A DNA stretch of 64,000 bases from a virus. The stretch's first letter is position 1. Each line of letters starts with the position of its first letter. The stretch is taken from positions 10,801 through 74,800 of IMG/VR virus record IMGVR_UViG_3300045988_103931. One strand, given 5' to 3'. Below the pieces are notes generated by a model that saw only the letters and a list, made by a program, of their open reading frames with translations, searched no databases and was not told where the DNA came from. The translations under genes were made by a program, and so were the position numbers. Positions 16,454-25,353 of this stretch are shown piece after piece.

Positions 16454-16819
16454 ATGGAGTGCAAGTATTTAGATTTTGATAAGAGAGTTTGCAAAATAAC
16501 CGGCAAAGAAACTTTGATTCGTAATTGCGGCGAAAGAAACTACAGATGCCCAAAGTATGAACCAAAGTACGACCTGTTTGACAATCTGAATACAAAAAAT
16601 GAGGATGCGAAACGTGTCACAGCAGAACCACGGAAGAGGGTTCGTCGTAAGGATGTGTTCCTCGAACTGTTCCCGGACGCAAAAGTAGATATGTCCAATA
16701 CACCAACCATGCCCCCATGCTACATAGACAAAAACATACCGATAGACAGGCATATAGCTTGTACGCATGTACCCTGTGAAGAATGCATTAAAAAATATTG
16801 GAACGAAGTGGTTTGCTAA
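16454..16819 (+). CDS. Cys-rich hypothetical protein
   Basis: ATG 16454 after the hairpin-SD element (16418-16444). The listed start 16250 overlaps the previous gene. Confidence 0.55.
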   Translation: MECKYLDFDKRVCKITGKETLIRNCGERNYRCPKYEPKYDLFDNLNTKNEDAKRVTAEPRKRVRRKDVFLELFPDAKVDMSNTPTMPPCYIDKNIPIDRHIACTHVPCEECIKKYWNEVVC

Positions 16820-16871
16820 ATAAGTGTAAAATTAAACCTGTGCTATCGGGTTACGGGCAGAAAGGTATAAA

Positions 16872-17264
16872 GTGAAAAGAGTAAGTAAAATCATGATTGC
16901 GGCGGCATTAATTCTCTCAATGATGGGATGTACGCAAGCTGACATAGTATCAACAAACGTATCAAGAAATGCGGATAACTTCAATGTGTGCCGCAGAATA
17001 ACGGTTATCAATAGCCGCACAGATACGGTTATCTACGAGCTTGAAGGAGTGTTCTCACTGAGTAATGGCTATAATAACGAGCTTGAAGTTATTTGTCAGA
17101 CTGGCGAGAACGAATACAAAAAGCACTTCATTTATCTTACCGATACAGTGTTGTATGTCGTGGAAGATATGAGCGGTGCTGACGTATCTCCATATCATTA
17201 CGAAGTCACATTCTATCCGCAGATGGTTGGTGGTGTTGACGTAGATGTAAAGTGGGAGAATTAA
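16872..17264 (+). CDS. lipoprotein (possible superinfection-exclusion factor)
   Basis: GTG start after ACGGGCAGAAAGG. Signal peptide MKRVSKIMIAAALILSMMGC with a lipobox-like Cys. Confidence 0.6.
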   Translation: MKRVSKIMIAAALILSMMGCTQADIVSTNVSRNADNFNVCRRITVINSRTDTVIYELEGVFSLSNGYNNELEVICQTGENEYKKHFIYLTDTVLYVVEDMSGADVSPYHYEVTFYPQMVGGVDVDVKWEN

Positions 17265-18005
17265 ATGAAATACATATACAAACCGAAAGGCAAGGCAAAA
17301 GAGTACGGAGATTATGCAATTAACATTTACACCGGATGTCCTCACAGGTGCTATTATTGCTTTGCTCCAAGTGTTTTGCGTAAAGACAAAGAAAAGTTTC
17401 ACACTTGCGTTGAACCGCGAGAAAACATTGTAGAGGGCGTAAAAAGACAGGTGGAGCGCGAGAACATTACAGGAAAGTTAATACACCTATGTTTCATTTG
17501 TGATCCGTACCCAAAAGGATATGACAGCACACCAACAAGAGAGATAATCAAAATTCTTAAAGGTGCGGGAAATCATGTGCAGATTCTCACAAAGAATGGA
17601 TTGGACGCTGCACGTGACTTTGATTTGCTTGACGGTGATGATTGGTTCGGAGTGACTTATGCAGGATATGACGAATATGTGCTTGACAGAACATATATCC
17701 CGATTGAAGAACCGGGCGCGGGAAGTCCGCATGATAGGCTTCTTGCTCTTGCGGTAGCACACAATAGAGGAATCAAAACATGGGTATCCGCCGAACCAAT
17801 TATTAACGCTGCCGATGTACTTCAAGTCATGGAATTTGCAGATTATGTTGACCGTTGGAAAGTCGGAAAGATGAATTATCACGAATCTAATATTGACTGG
17901 GCGGCATTCGGCAGACTTGCAGAAGCAACGCTTAATTCGTTACACAAAGAATACTACATAAAAGAAAGTTTAAGAAAGGAAATGGAAAATGGCAACAAAG
18001 ACTGA
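17265..18005 (+). CDS. radical SAM protein (SplB/COG1533-like)
   Basis: TAAATG junction with the lipoprotein gene. IYTGCPHRCYYCFAP CxxxCxxC cluster motif near the N-terminus. About 246 aa. Confidence 0.7.
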   Translation: MKYIYKPKGKAKEYGDYAINIYTGCPHRCYYCFAPSVLRKDKEKFHTCVEPRENIVEGVKRQVERENITGKLIHLCFICDPYPKGYDSTPTREIIKILKGAGNHVQILTKNGLDAARDFDLLDGDDWFGVTYAGYDEYVLDRTYIPIEEPGAGSPHDRLLALAVAHNRGIKTWVSAEPIINAADVLQVMEFADYVDRWKVGKMNYHESNIDWAAFGRLAEATLNSLHKEYYIKESLRKEMENGNKD

Positions 18006-18639
18006 ACAGGTACTTGAAATTAGACTGATTGAGCTTGAAACAGTAACGCTCAAAATTGTAGGAGACACACCGCTTATCATGCACGCATGGAGTGAAAAGG
18101 CAAAGCGTGAAATGCTTGAAAAGCAGATGAAAGCAACAAAGACAAAGAGCCGTGATGCAAAGAATCCTGTAGAGGACTTCATTCGTTCTATGTATTGGCT
18201 GACACCAATGCCAACGGAAATGACAGAGGACGGATTCAATAAAGCTATCGTAGCAGGAGCAAGATTCGGTTTCCCTGTGACAGCATTCAAACAAGCTGCA
18301 ATCTCCGCTTCATATCGACTTGGATGGAGCAAAGACAAAATGTCTCTTAGAGGTGTATTCTTCATTGATGGAGACGAAAATCAGATGCTCGAAATCAAAA
18401 GTGACCCGCCGATTATGCGGGAAGATATGGTAAAGGTTGGTATGGGAACGGCAGATATTCGCTATCGTGGAGAGTTCCGTAATTGGAGCACGGATATGAA
18501 AATCACGTACAACAAAAACGGTCAGTATTCTTTGGAACAGATAATTAACATTATCAATGCGGGTGGTTTTTGCTGCGGCGTAGGCGAGTGGAGACCGGAA
18601 CGAGATGGACAGAATGGCACATTCCACGTAGCGACCTGA
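17989..18639 (+). CDS. hypothetical protein translationally coupled to the radical SAM gene
   Basis: Overlaps the rSAM gene by 17 nt. GGAAATGGAAAATGG SD region. C-terminal Gly-rich GGFCCGVGEWRPERDGQNGTF. Confidence 0.6.
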   Translation: MATKTEQVLEIRLIELETVTLKIVGDTPLIMHAWSEKAKREMLEKQMKATKTKSRDAKNPVEDFIRSMYWLTPMPTEMTEDGFNKAIVAGARFGFPVTAFKQAAISASYRLGWSKDKMSLRGVFFIDGDENQMLEIKSDPPIMREDMVKVGMGTADIRYRGEFRNWSTDMKITYNKNGQYSLEQIINIINAGGFCCGVGEWRPERDGQNGTFHVAT

Positions 18640-18644
18640 TTTTC

Positions 18645-18815
18645 GATAGGTTCGGCAGGTGAGGTGGGGTTAGGTGCGGCGAGTTCCGGTACGGTGCGGT
18701 TTGGCAGGTCTGGTAAGGTGCGGTATCGTGGGGCGCGTCTTGGCAAGGTTAGGCTCGGCAGGTATGGTATGGCGAAGTAAGGCGTGGCGCGGTTTGGCGT
18801 GGCAAGGCAGGTATG
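18645..18815 (+). repeat. G/T-rich strand-asymmetric degenerate repeat island
   Basis: GGCAGGT at 18654, 18703, 18757 and 18806 (about 50-bp period). GGTGCGG x3. My hand count for 18651-18810 is about 75 G, 37 T, 26 C and 22 A. Confidence 0.7.
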
Positions 18816-18842
18816 GATATACCAAATTAGAAAGGAGTAACT

Positions 18843-19304
18843 ATGGTTTACAGTTGGAAAGAAGCGTCGAGAATTAAAGCCGACGCACAAATAGCAGGAG
18901 AAATGTGTGAGGAACTTGAAAGAACAGTAGGACTTACACCAAAGTCATTGGTAGACGCAAACAGAGACAAAACTGCTCCATTGCACGATGAATTTGAATG
19001 GAACAACGACATTGCAGCGGACAAGTACAGAGAGACACAGGCACAGTATATCATCAGAATGCTTTGTGTCGGCACTGAAAACAAAGAAAAGCAACCGTCA
19101 AGAGCATTTTATTCAATCGTGCAAGGCGATCACAAGTACGAAAGTCTTTCGGTTATCGTTGAAAGTGATGACAAGGCAAAGAAATTATTGCAAGCGGCAT
19201 ACAAAGAGTTGATGGCATTCAAACAGAAATATGAATCACTTGCAGAATTGATTCCTGTGTTTGACATTATCGACGAAGTAACGCAAAACATTGGCGAGAG
19301 GTGA
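18843..19304 (+). CDS. conserved phage protein, unknown function
   Basis: AAAGGAG SD. HDEFEWNNDIAADKYRETQAQYIIRML block. Confidence 0.6.
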   Translation: MVYSWKEASRIKADAQIAGEMCEELERTVGLTPKSLVDANRDKTAPLHDEFEWNNDIAADKYRETQAQYIIRMLCVGTENKEKQPSRAFYSIVQGDHKYESLSVIVESDDKAKKLLQAAYKELMAFKQKYESLAELIPVFDIIDEVTQNIGER

Positions 19305-19309
19305 TAAAA

Positions 19310-19513
19310 ATGAGCAACATGGAACACCTTATCGAAAACGGTTTAACTGCCGCTGCCGAAGCGCATAAAAACGGCAAAGACGCAAGAGAAGCGTTTTATC
19401 ATGAAATGTCGTTTCACTATAACGGGAATATGCTTATGAGCACACAAATGAAAAAAGAAGAGCTATGGGAAATAGTTCAGTATGTGTTGTTTACTTGGGA
19501 GAATGGAGAGTGA
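19310..19513 (+). CDS. hypothetical protein
   Basis: ATG 19310 with GAGGTGA SD. Confidence 0.55.
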   Translation: MSNMEHLIENGLTAAAEAHKNGKDAREAFYHEMSFHYNGNMLMSTQMKKEELWEIVQYVLFTWENGE

Positions 19514-19514
19514 A

Positions 19515-19925
19515 ATGAAAACAATCTCATCTGAATTAAAAAATGTATCTGATAATTTCCGTAAACTGCTAAACGATTATGCCTATGCAAGTCAGGAATG
19601 CGCAAAACTCGATAAGAGACAGCAGGACTTACTACACGCTATCGAGTTTGGCGATTATAACGAACGAAGAAAATTAGCAACACAACTTGCGGCAGTTAGA
19701 CGTGAACGAAGAATACATAAAGATACAATGGCAGTGCTTCAACCGATGTATGATTTGCTCGGAACGGACGCAGGAAAGAAGTTTACAAATCAGCTTACAC
19801 AGACGTTAGGCAGTACAAGAAAAGCAGAACAGTATCTCGAAACAAAAAGATATTTTCCGAGAATCATGAAAAATCTTGCATTTCAAAACGGACAGAAAAT
19901 AGGAGGTTCAAATGAGCATAAGTGA
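19515..19925 (+). CDS. hypothetical coiled-coil protein
   Basis: ATG 19515 directly after the upstream TGA. GGAGAG SD. Confidence 0.55.
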   Translation: MKTISSELKNVSDNFRKLLNDYAYASQECAKLDKRQQDLLHAIEFGDYNERRKLATQLAAVRRERRIHKDTMAVLQPMYDLLGTDAGKKFTNQLTQTLGSTRKAEQYLETKRYFPRIMKNLAFQNGQKIGGSNEHK

Positions 19926-20490
19926 AGATTCAATACTCGTGAGAGAAACACTTAATAATATACAAACTCTAAAAAAGAAGTACCCGAAATTTACCTTAGA
20001 GCAGCTACCCGATGCACTTGAGATAAACGAAAAGTATGGAATCCCTATAGATGAAATAAGATACTACGGCGAATATGAATTAGTATGGAAATATAGCAGT
20101 TTTAGATTCCTCGTCTGCCACAAGTATGATCTCACAAATAAAGAGACATTCTATAAATTTGATACATCTAAATGGTATATCCGTCTCACATTCGGCAGAT
20201 GTGGAAGATTTAATTTCGTGACGGATTCAAGATGCTTATCCGATAGTCTTTATTACGAAAAAACAAACGAATTGTATCAGGCATTTCTCGAAAAACTTAT
20301 AAGCTATAGTCCGCTCGATTATGATCGCCTCAACGGAGAGTATCTGTTCACAGTAGAAAACGGCTATAGACTTTATAAGGATTTCAAAGAAATCTACGAA
20401 ACAACAAAGACAGCGATAAATAACGAGCTAAAGAATTTTAAAATAAAACAGCTGAAAGCGGAACTTGAAAAGCTTGAAACAGATAGCTAA
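19912..20490 (+). CDS. hypothetical protein
   Basis: AGGAGG SD. 192 aa. Confidence 0.6.
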   Translation: MSISEDSILVRETLNNIQTLKKKYPKFTLEQLPDALEINEKYGIPIDEIRYYGEYELVWKYSSFRFLVCHKYDLTNKETFYKFDTSKWYIRLTFGRCGRFNFVTDSRCLSDSLYYEKTNELYQAFLEKLISYSPLDYDRLNGEYLFTVENGYRLYKDFKEIYETTKTAINNELKNFKIKQLKAELEKLETDS

Positions 20491-20507
20491 CTTGTAGGAG
20501 AACGAAA

Positions 20508-20723
20508 ATGAAGATTAAATCAGGAACAAAAGTTAGAGTGACACACAAGCGTAAAGGAACCTTTACAGGATATGCGGCAGGAGATTTTGATACGGAAACA
20601 ACTGAATTTTATCCGATAAAGACGGCGCAGTTTGTAAGCGGAATGGCGAACGATTGGGATGAAGGCGAAATTATCCCTTGCAGAAACACACTGTGCAAGA
20701 TTGGAGTCTTGAAGGATGAATGA
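20508..20723 (+). CDS. hypothetical protein
   Basis: AGGAGAA SD. 71 aa. Confidence 0.55.
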   Translation: MKIKSGTKVRVTHKRKGTFTGYAAGDFDTETTEFYPIKTAQFVSGMANDWDEGEIIPCRNTLCKIGVLKDE

Positions 20724-20949
20724 GATGACAGATGACCTCAAAAACATAGAAATACCAGTCGAACAACAGACGATGGTGGAAGTTATGCGTGACTCATATG
20801 AAGATTGCAGTATGATAAAATGTGTCGGCTGTCCAGATGGAAAACGCGCACGATTCGGCATGATGAGTTGTATCCTGTTCAAATACGCACGAAAGCTTTA
20901 CGAAGCAGGATTCAGACAGACAGAGAAAGGAGCAGGCAACAATGAATAA
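20716..20949 (+). CDS. hypothetical protein
   Basis: Overlaps the upstream stop. 77 aa. Confidence 0.5.
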   Translation: MNEMTDDLKNIEIPVEQQTMVEVMRDSYEDCSMIKCVGCPDGKRARFGMMSCILFKYARKLYEAGFRQTEKGAGNNE

Positions 20950-21169
20950 CTTTATCGAACTGCACCTGTGGGATGCGGTCAAAGACAAGGGCAACACTCC
21001 CGTGTTAGTCAACATAGGCACCATAGGACAAGTAATGATAGATTACAAAGCTCCCACCATTATATATTTTGGTACGGACGACTACATCAGAGTATCGGAG
21101 ACCTACGAAGAAGTAAAGCGGCTGCTCGCGACGGTCGAGTATGTGTACAAGGAGGAAGAGAATGACTGA
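20942..21169 (+). CDS. hypothetical protein
   Basis: AGGAGCAGG SD. 75 aa. Confidence 0.55.
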   Translation: MNNFIELHLWDAVKDKGNTPVLVNIGTIGQVMIDYKAPTIIYFGTDDYIRVSETYEEVKRLLATVEYVYKEEEND

Positions 21170-21485
21170 TTGGATTAGCGTAAAAGACAAAATGCCCGAA
21201 GTAGAAGAAAGAGTGCTCTTACTCACAGTAAATGATGTGGGCGACAAAAAGTTTTACCACATTACGATAGGCATGTACGAGGACGGTGCTGTTAACGCGG
21301 AATATAGCAAATATTCGTGGGATGAGAGCGCATATTACAGCATAATTGATTATGACGAGGAAAAAGATGCAGACTTTGTATGTAAAGGATGGTGGGAGAT
21401 GGGCGAGTATTCTGAAAAAGTCGCTTGGATTGATGATGAAGTTATAGGGTGGTTGCCGTTGCCGTCAGATCCACAGGAGGAATAG
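21162..21485 (+). CDS. DUF551-like protein
   Basis: ATG 21162 with GGAGGAAGAG SD. WISVKDKMPE...VIGWLPLP pattern typical of DUF551. Confidence 0.55.
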   Translation: MTDWISVKDKMPEVEERVLLLTVNDVGDKKFYHITIGMYEDGAVNAEYSKYSWDESAYYSIIDYDEEKDADFVCKGWWEMGEYSEKVAWIDDEVIGWLPLPSDPQEE

Positions 21486-21486
21486 A

Positions 21487-21831
21487 ATGGATGAATTTCG
21501 CAAGGAAACAACACCACGCGCAAGGAAAGAGCATAAATGCGACCTGTGTCACGGGACAATACCAAAAGGCGAAAGATATGTGCATATTACACAGTCAGAC
21601 AGCGGAGATATCTTCGACTTCAAATATCATATAGGGTGCAGCAACTTAGTAGAACGATACGTAAGAAACGAAGGCGGCTACGTTGACGATTTTAAAGAGT
21701 ATAACGTAATCGAGGATATATTCGATAGGGTTTGTTTTGATTGTGTCCATAGAACAGGATGTGAAATACCGAACACAAGATATTGCGAAATTGCTACCTG
21801 CCCTCACGTTGTGGAAAGGTATCTGAGATGA
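21487..21831 (+). CDS. Cys/His-rich hypothetical protein
   Basis: AGGAGGAATAG SD. HKCDLCHG...CFDCVH. Confidence 0.55.
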   Translation: MDEFRKETTPRARKEHKCDLCHGTIPKGERYVHITQSDSGDIFDFKYHIGCSNLVERYVRNEGGYVDDFKEYNVIEDIFDRVCFDCVHRTGCEIPNTRYCEIATCPHVVERYLR

Positions 21832-22295
21832 CCTATAAACGCTATTGGGAACGCAACGGAACTCGTCGACCGTTTCCTCCGTTGTATGAAGCTATGAAAG
21901 CATACGGAGACGTAATGTACAAAGTGCCGGAGTACGTCGAGCCGAAACACTGTAAATGGTGCGGACAACCTCTGAGCGGCAGACGGACAAGTTTCTGCTC
22001 AAACGAATGCAGTAAAAAGTTTAATAGACTTACAGTTTGGCAAAGAGGACGTAACGCTTACTCACTAAGGATTCTGTACCGCGATAACTTCACTTGTCAG
22101 GACTGCGGCGAGTTTCACGCTTTCAAAAACGAGTTCGGAATTTTCGTTCCAATAGACGACGGGAAACTAAATGTACATCATATAGTGCCAGTATCAGAAG
22201 GCGGCGGCGACGAGCCGACAAATCTTGTCACGCTCTGCATAAGCTGCCATCTCAAAAGGCACGGAAAGAAAGAGAGAACGAAAAATGGAGATTAA
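21828..22295 (+). CDS. HNH endonuclease
   Basis: ATGA overlap. CQDCGEFH...LNVHHIVPVSEGGGDEPTNLVTLCISCHLKRH. Confidence 0.8.
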   Translation: MTYKRYWERNGTRRPFPPLYEAMKAYGDVMYKVPEYVEPKHCKWCGQPLSGRRTSFCSNECSKKFNRLTVWQRGRNAYSLRILYRDNFTCQDCGEFHAFKNEFGIFVPIDDGKLNVHHIVPVSEGGGDEPTNLVTLCISCHLKRHGKKERTKNGD

Positions 22296-22605
22296 AGAGG
22301 TTATAGAACAGCTCGAAAGTCTGTTACACGAAGCGCAGTATAACGTGGCTTGCAGTCCTGAAGAATATATGTATCAACGAGACGTAGAAGCACTCGAAAG
22401 CGCGATAAATATCCTAAAACACATTCCAATCGCTGACGTTACACCCGTAACTCACGCACGGTGGATTGATAACGGACGCGGCGGGTACGCTCATGCGTAT
22501 TTCTGCGGTAACTGCGGATGGATTGACGGACATCCGATGGAGGATAGACATAAATACTGCCCGAGCTGCGGCGCGATAATGGACGAAAGCGAGGATGAAG
22601 AATGA
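22285..22605 (+). CDS. Zn-ribbon protein
   Basis: CGNCGW...CPSCG. 106 aa. Confidence 0.55.
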   Translation: MEIKEVIEQLESLLHEAQYNVACSPEEYMYQRDVEALESAINILKHIPIADVTPVTHARWIDNGRGGYAHAYFCGNCGWIDGHPMEDRHKYCPSCGAIMDESEDEE

Positions 22606-22621
22606 CAAGAGTGGTGAGAGT

Positions 22622-23041
22622 ATGGGAGTAACAATATACGCAAAGGGTGTTGACCGTTCTTTCGACTGCGGATATATCGGCTTCGCACATCTCCGAAACA
22701 GAATATGCGAAGTGTACGACAAAGACCTGTACAACGTCTATTCCGACATGAAGATGTGCGCATTGTATACATCCGAATGGACAGCGAAAATCAACGCCAT
22801 TTGCAATTTAAAACAGTTTCCAGACGAAGATAAAGACATTCTTGACTTCTTCTTCGAATCCGACTGCGAGGGCAAAATATCCTATAAGACCTGCAAGAAA
22901 ATCTACGACTTAATCAAAGACATTGACTTTGAGGGCAGAATATTTACCTATGCGGCACGTTCGGACAGCAAAGACTACGAACATTTAAAAGAATTTTTGA
23001 ACGAATGCTACCGAAAAAGAGTTAGTATGAGGTGGGGCTAA
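22622..23041 (+). CDS. hypothetical protein
   Basis: ATG 22622 after GGTGAGAG. Confidence 0.5.
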   Translation: MGVTIYAKGVDRSFDCGYIGFAHLRNRICEVYDKDLYNVYSDMKMCALYTSEWTAKINAICNLKQFPDEDKDILDFFFESDCEGKISYKTCKKIYDLIKDIDFEGRIFTYAARSDSKDYEHLKEFLNECYRKRVSMRWG

Positions 23042-23400
23042 TGACGTGCAGAAAAGGCAGATACTGTATAACTTGCCGGAGTGGATTAAGAGGTATATGG
23101 ATTGAAGAAAAGACAGGCTATATCATAGACGATAAATTCGGATTCACAAAAAACGAACAAGGCTTCTATAGACCAACAGAAATAGAAACTGGAGTTTTCA
23201 TAAATGCGCCCGAAGGACTTAAATACAGTCTTGTACAGTCATATCAAAGCGTAAAGCGTTGTTTTGATGAACATCCGGGAGCTTTGGAAGCTTATAAGAG
23301 AAAAAGAGACACTAAGAAAGCCATGAAAATGATAGCAGAATACTGGGAGAAAAGCAATGACACGCAAGAGATACATAAAACTGCTGATGGGACGAGATAG
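23041..23400 (+). CDS. hypothetical protein
   Basis: TAATG overlap with the upstream gene. Confidence 0.5.
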   Translation: MTCRKGRYCITCRSGLRGIWIEEKTGYIIDDKFGFTKNEQGFYRPTEIETGVFINAPEGLKYSLVQSYQSVKRCFDEHPGALEAYKRKRDTKKAMKMIAEYWEKSNDTQEIHKTADGTR

Positions 23401-23794
23401 GTTCAACCGAAATGAAGCGAGATTACTTGCCGAAAGTGTACAAGTAATGCAAAGGTTTGCGGATAGGGTAAACCACATAGCGAAAAGCAGCGGTAAGCAA
23501 TACCGAGAAACATGGAGGGGCTATGCGTGGAACTGGAATCACAGAGATGAAGCTGAAACGGGAATAATAGTCAAATACTATGGCAAGGCTTATTGTCACC
23601 ACTGCCGCAAAGTTGTGCCACACGGATTACAAGACAAAGAACATACTTATTCGACAGGCAGGCTCGAATTTACGTATATCGAACGTGCGATATTTTGTGA
23701 CAAATGCGGAGAGCCGCTTTATGTAAGCGCAATCAATTATGAAAACGCAGAATCAAAACCGACAACATACTTAAAGGAGAAAAGAAAAGCATGA
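23357..23794 (+). CDS. hypothetical protein with MTRKRYIKLLMG N-terminal module and C-terminal Zn-ribbon
   Basis: N-terminus paralogous to 23791-24027 and 42269-42454. CHHC...CDKCG. Confidence 0.55.
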   Translation: MTRKRYIKLLMGRDRFNRNEARLLAESVQVMQRFADRVNHIAKSSGKQYRETWRGYAWNWNHRDEAETGIIVKYYGKAYCHHCRKVVPHGLQDKEHTYSTGRLEFTYIERAIFCDKCGEPLYVSAINYENAESKPTTYLKEKRKA

Positions 23795-24027
23795 CAAAGA
23801 AAAGATTCATTAAACTTTTGATGGGGGAATTACGCTATTCCCGAAACGAAGCGAGATATTATGCAGAGAAAGTACAACTCTGGGATGAAATCGCAAGCAC
23901 AAACAATTCCACATTTAAAAGCATTGGAGACAAAACAAGAGAAATTCCCGTGCCGTATATCGCACTTTACGGATTGTGCAAAAGAGAAAAGGAGATGGAG
24001 AAAGGAGAACAACATGGACGCGATTGA
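23791..24027 (+). CDS. hypothetical protein with MTKKRFIKLLMG N-terminal module
   Basis: ATGA overlap. Paralogous N-terminus. Confidence 0.55.
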   Translation: MTKKRFIKLLMGELRYSRNEARYYAEKVQLWDEIASTNNSTFKSIGDKTREIPVPYIALYGLCKREKEMEKGEQHGRD

Positions 24028-24130
24028 GTTTTTGAAAGAAAAAAAGAGAATGTATAAAACCATTTGCAATTGTGATGAGCGCAATCTTTACAAAGAAAAG
24101 GAAAATTACTGGCTTGCGGAGGTTGACTAA
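24014..24130 (+). CDS. small hypothetical protein (38 aa)
   Basis: AAAGGAGAAC SD, 4 nt before ATG 24014. Confidence 0.4.
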   Translation: MDAIEFLKEKKRMYKTICNCDERNLYKEKENYWLAEVD

Positions 24131-24577
24131 ATGCGATGCAAAATAAGCGATTGCTTCAACTGCCCCTATCCCGACTGCATTAACGACACACCGCCGAAAG
24201 TCAAAAGCAAGAGAGCAAAAGAATATGAAAAAGAGTGGGCGAGAAAGAAACGCAAAGAATGCGCAGAGAAAGGCATATGCACAATATGTTTTAAAAGACC
24301 TGCCACTCAGGGATATAAAACTTGCAATGAATGCAGAACACGTACGAATCGTCAGCGGAAAGAACTTTACCGAGCCGCGACAGGTTGCACCCCGCGTTTT
24401 CTTTACGACGGAATAAACCTATGCTCGAAGTGTGGCAAACGTCCTCCAATGGAAGGTCACAAAATGTGCCAACAGTGCTATTCAAATAATAAATCGCCGT
24501 TTCCACTAAAAAACAATCAAAACAAAGCGTTCCGCGAGGAAATAGATGGATTCTGGAATGGGTACAAAAAGCAATGA
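24131..24577 (+). CDS. multi-Zn-finger protein
   Basis: Repeated C..C pairs (CTICF..CNEC, CSKCG..CQQC). Confidence 0.55.
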   Translation: MRCKISDCFNCPYPDCINDTPPKVKSKRAKEYEKEWARKKRKECAEKGICTICFKRPATQGYKTCNECRTRTNRQRKELYRAATGCTPRFLYDGINLCSKCGKRPPMEGHKMCQQCYSNNKSPFPLKNNQNKAFREEIDGFWNGYKKQ

Positions 24578-24602
24578 ACCCATAAAAAACAGATCACTCA
24601 AT

Positions 24603-24668
24603 TGTGAATTCCTATTTACATTTTGTTTACAAAATATCGTAGAATTAGTGCCGCAAAAGAGGTATAAT
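24603..24668 (+). promoter_or_regulatory. conserved promoter/operator cassette, copy D
   Basis: TGTGAATTCCT-ATTTACA-TTTTGTTTACAAAAT, GTAGAAT, GTGCCGCAAAAGAGGTATAAT. Confidence 0.55.
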
Positions 24669-24712
24669 ATATACATACAAAAAAGAAAACAAAATCGCGG
24701 AGGAAATAAGAC

Positions 24713-24970
24713 ATGAGCGCAATTGAAATGATTAAGGTACAGATTGAGGGGCTGAAATTCGATATCGAGTACGATACAAAGCAACTTGATGAGTTGGTGA
24801 AGCAATTCAAAGAAAGAACGCAGAGACTTGGCGCAGTGGAAATCATAGCATGGGATGTAGCTTTCGATCAGAAGAGAATTTCTGATTTTTACGTCAGGGT
24901 TAAAAACGAGACGGAAATGCTACAGAGGTTGCAGAATATCGTTGATAACGCAAAGGAGGAACAGGCATGA
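24713..24970 (+). CDS. hypothetical coiled-coil protein
   Basis: GGAGGAAATAAG SD. Confidence 0.6.
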   Translation: MSAIEMIKVQIEGLKFDIEYDTKQLDELVKQFKERTQRLGAVEIIAWDVAFDQKRISDFYVRVKNETEMLQRLQNIVDNAKEEQA

Positions 24971-25323
24971 GCTACGATATTGGGTTCAAGGTAAAGGTTG
25001 ATGGGGCGGACATTTACGTCCCCGTTGGGAATTGTGAAGCCAACACCACATGGAACGTCCGAAAAATGATTGTGGAATCGACCGGGCTTGAATGGAAGAA
25101 TGAAGAAAACAACGGTTTGTGCGTTGACGTTATCCCGAAAATCAAGCACGGCTATGAAGAACTTTGCAATCACCCAGAAAAATACAGGCAATACAATTCT
25201 CCGAACGGTTGGGGGACTGTAGAAACAACAAAAGGGTTCTTCAAGTGTATTTTAGACGCATGGGAATATATTGTTCGATGGCATGAGGAATTATTGCCTT
25301 ACGCAACATTCTGGATTGAATAA
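24967..25323 (+). CDS. hypothetical protein
   Basis: ATGA overlap. 118 aa. Confidence 0.6.
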   Translation: MSYDIGFKVKVDGADIYVPVGNCEANTTWNVRKMIVESTGLEWKNEENNGLCVDVIPKIKHGYEELCNHPEKYRQYNSPNGWGTVETTKGFFKCILDAWEYIVRWHEELLPYATFWIE

Positions 25324-25353
25324 ATATTGTGAAGAAACGAAACGGAGCAATTG

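Noticed and set aside
17265-18005. Radical SAM protein as QueE (7-carboxy-7-deazaguanine synthase), which would complete a preQ0 pathway.
   Set aside because: The cluster context (YTGCPHRCYYCFAP after a KPKGKAKEY N-terminus) resembles SplB/COG1533-type enzymes, not the QueE pattern. No FolE/QueD/QueC partners are nearby.
18522-18890. ORFs on both strands (18522-18890 minus, 18674-18877 plus) covering the G/T-rich island.
   Set aside because: The translations are composition artefacts (R/G/W-rich or P/R/T-rich repeats) with no SD. The plus ORF would start inside the repeat. I treated the region as a non-coding repeat.
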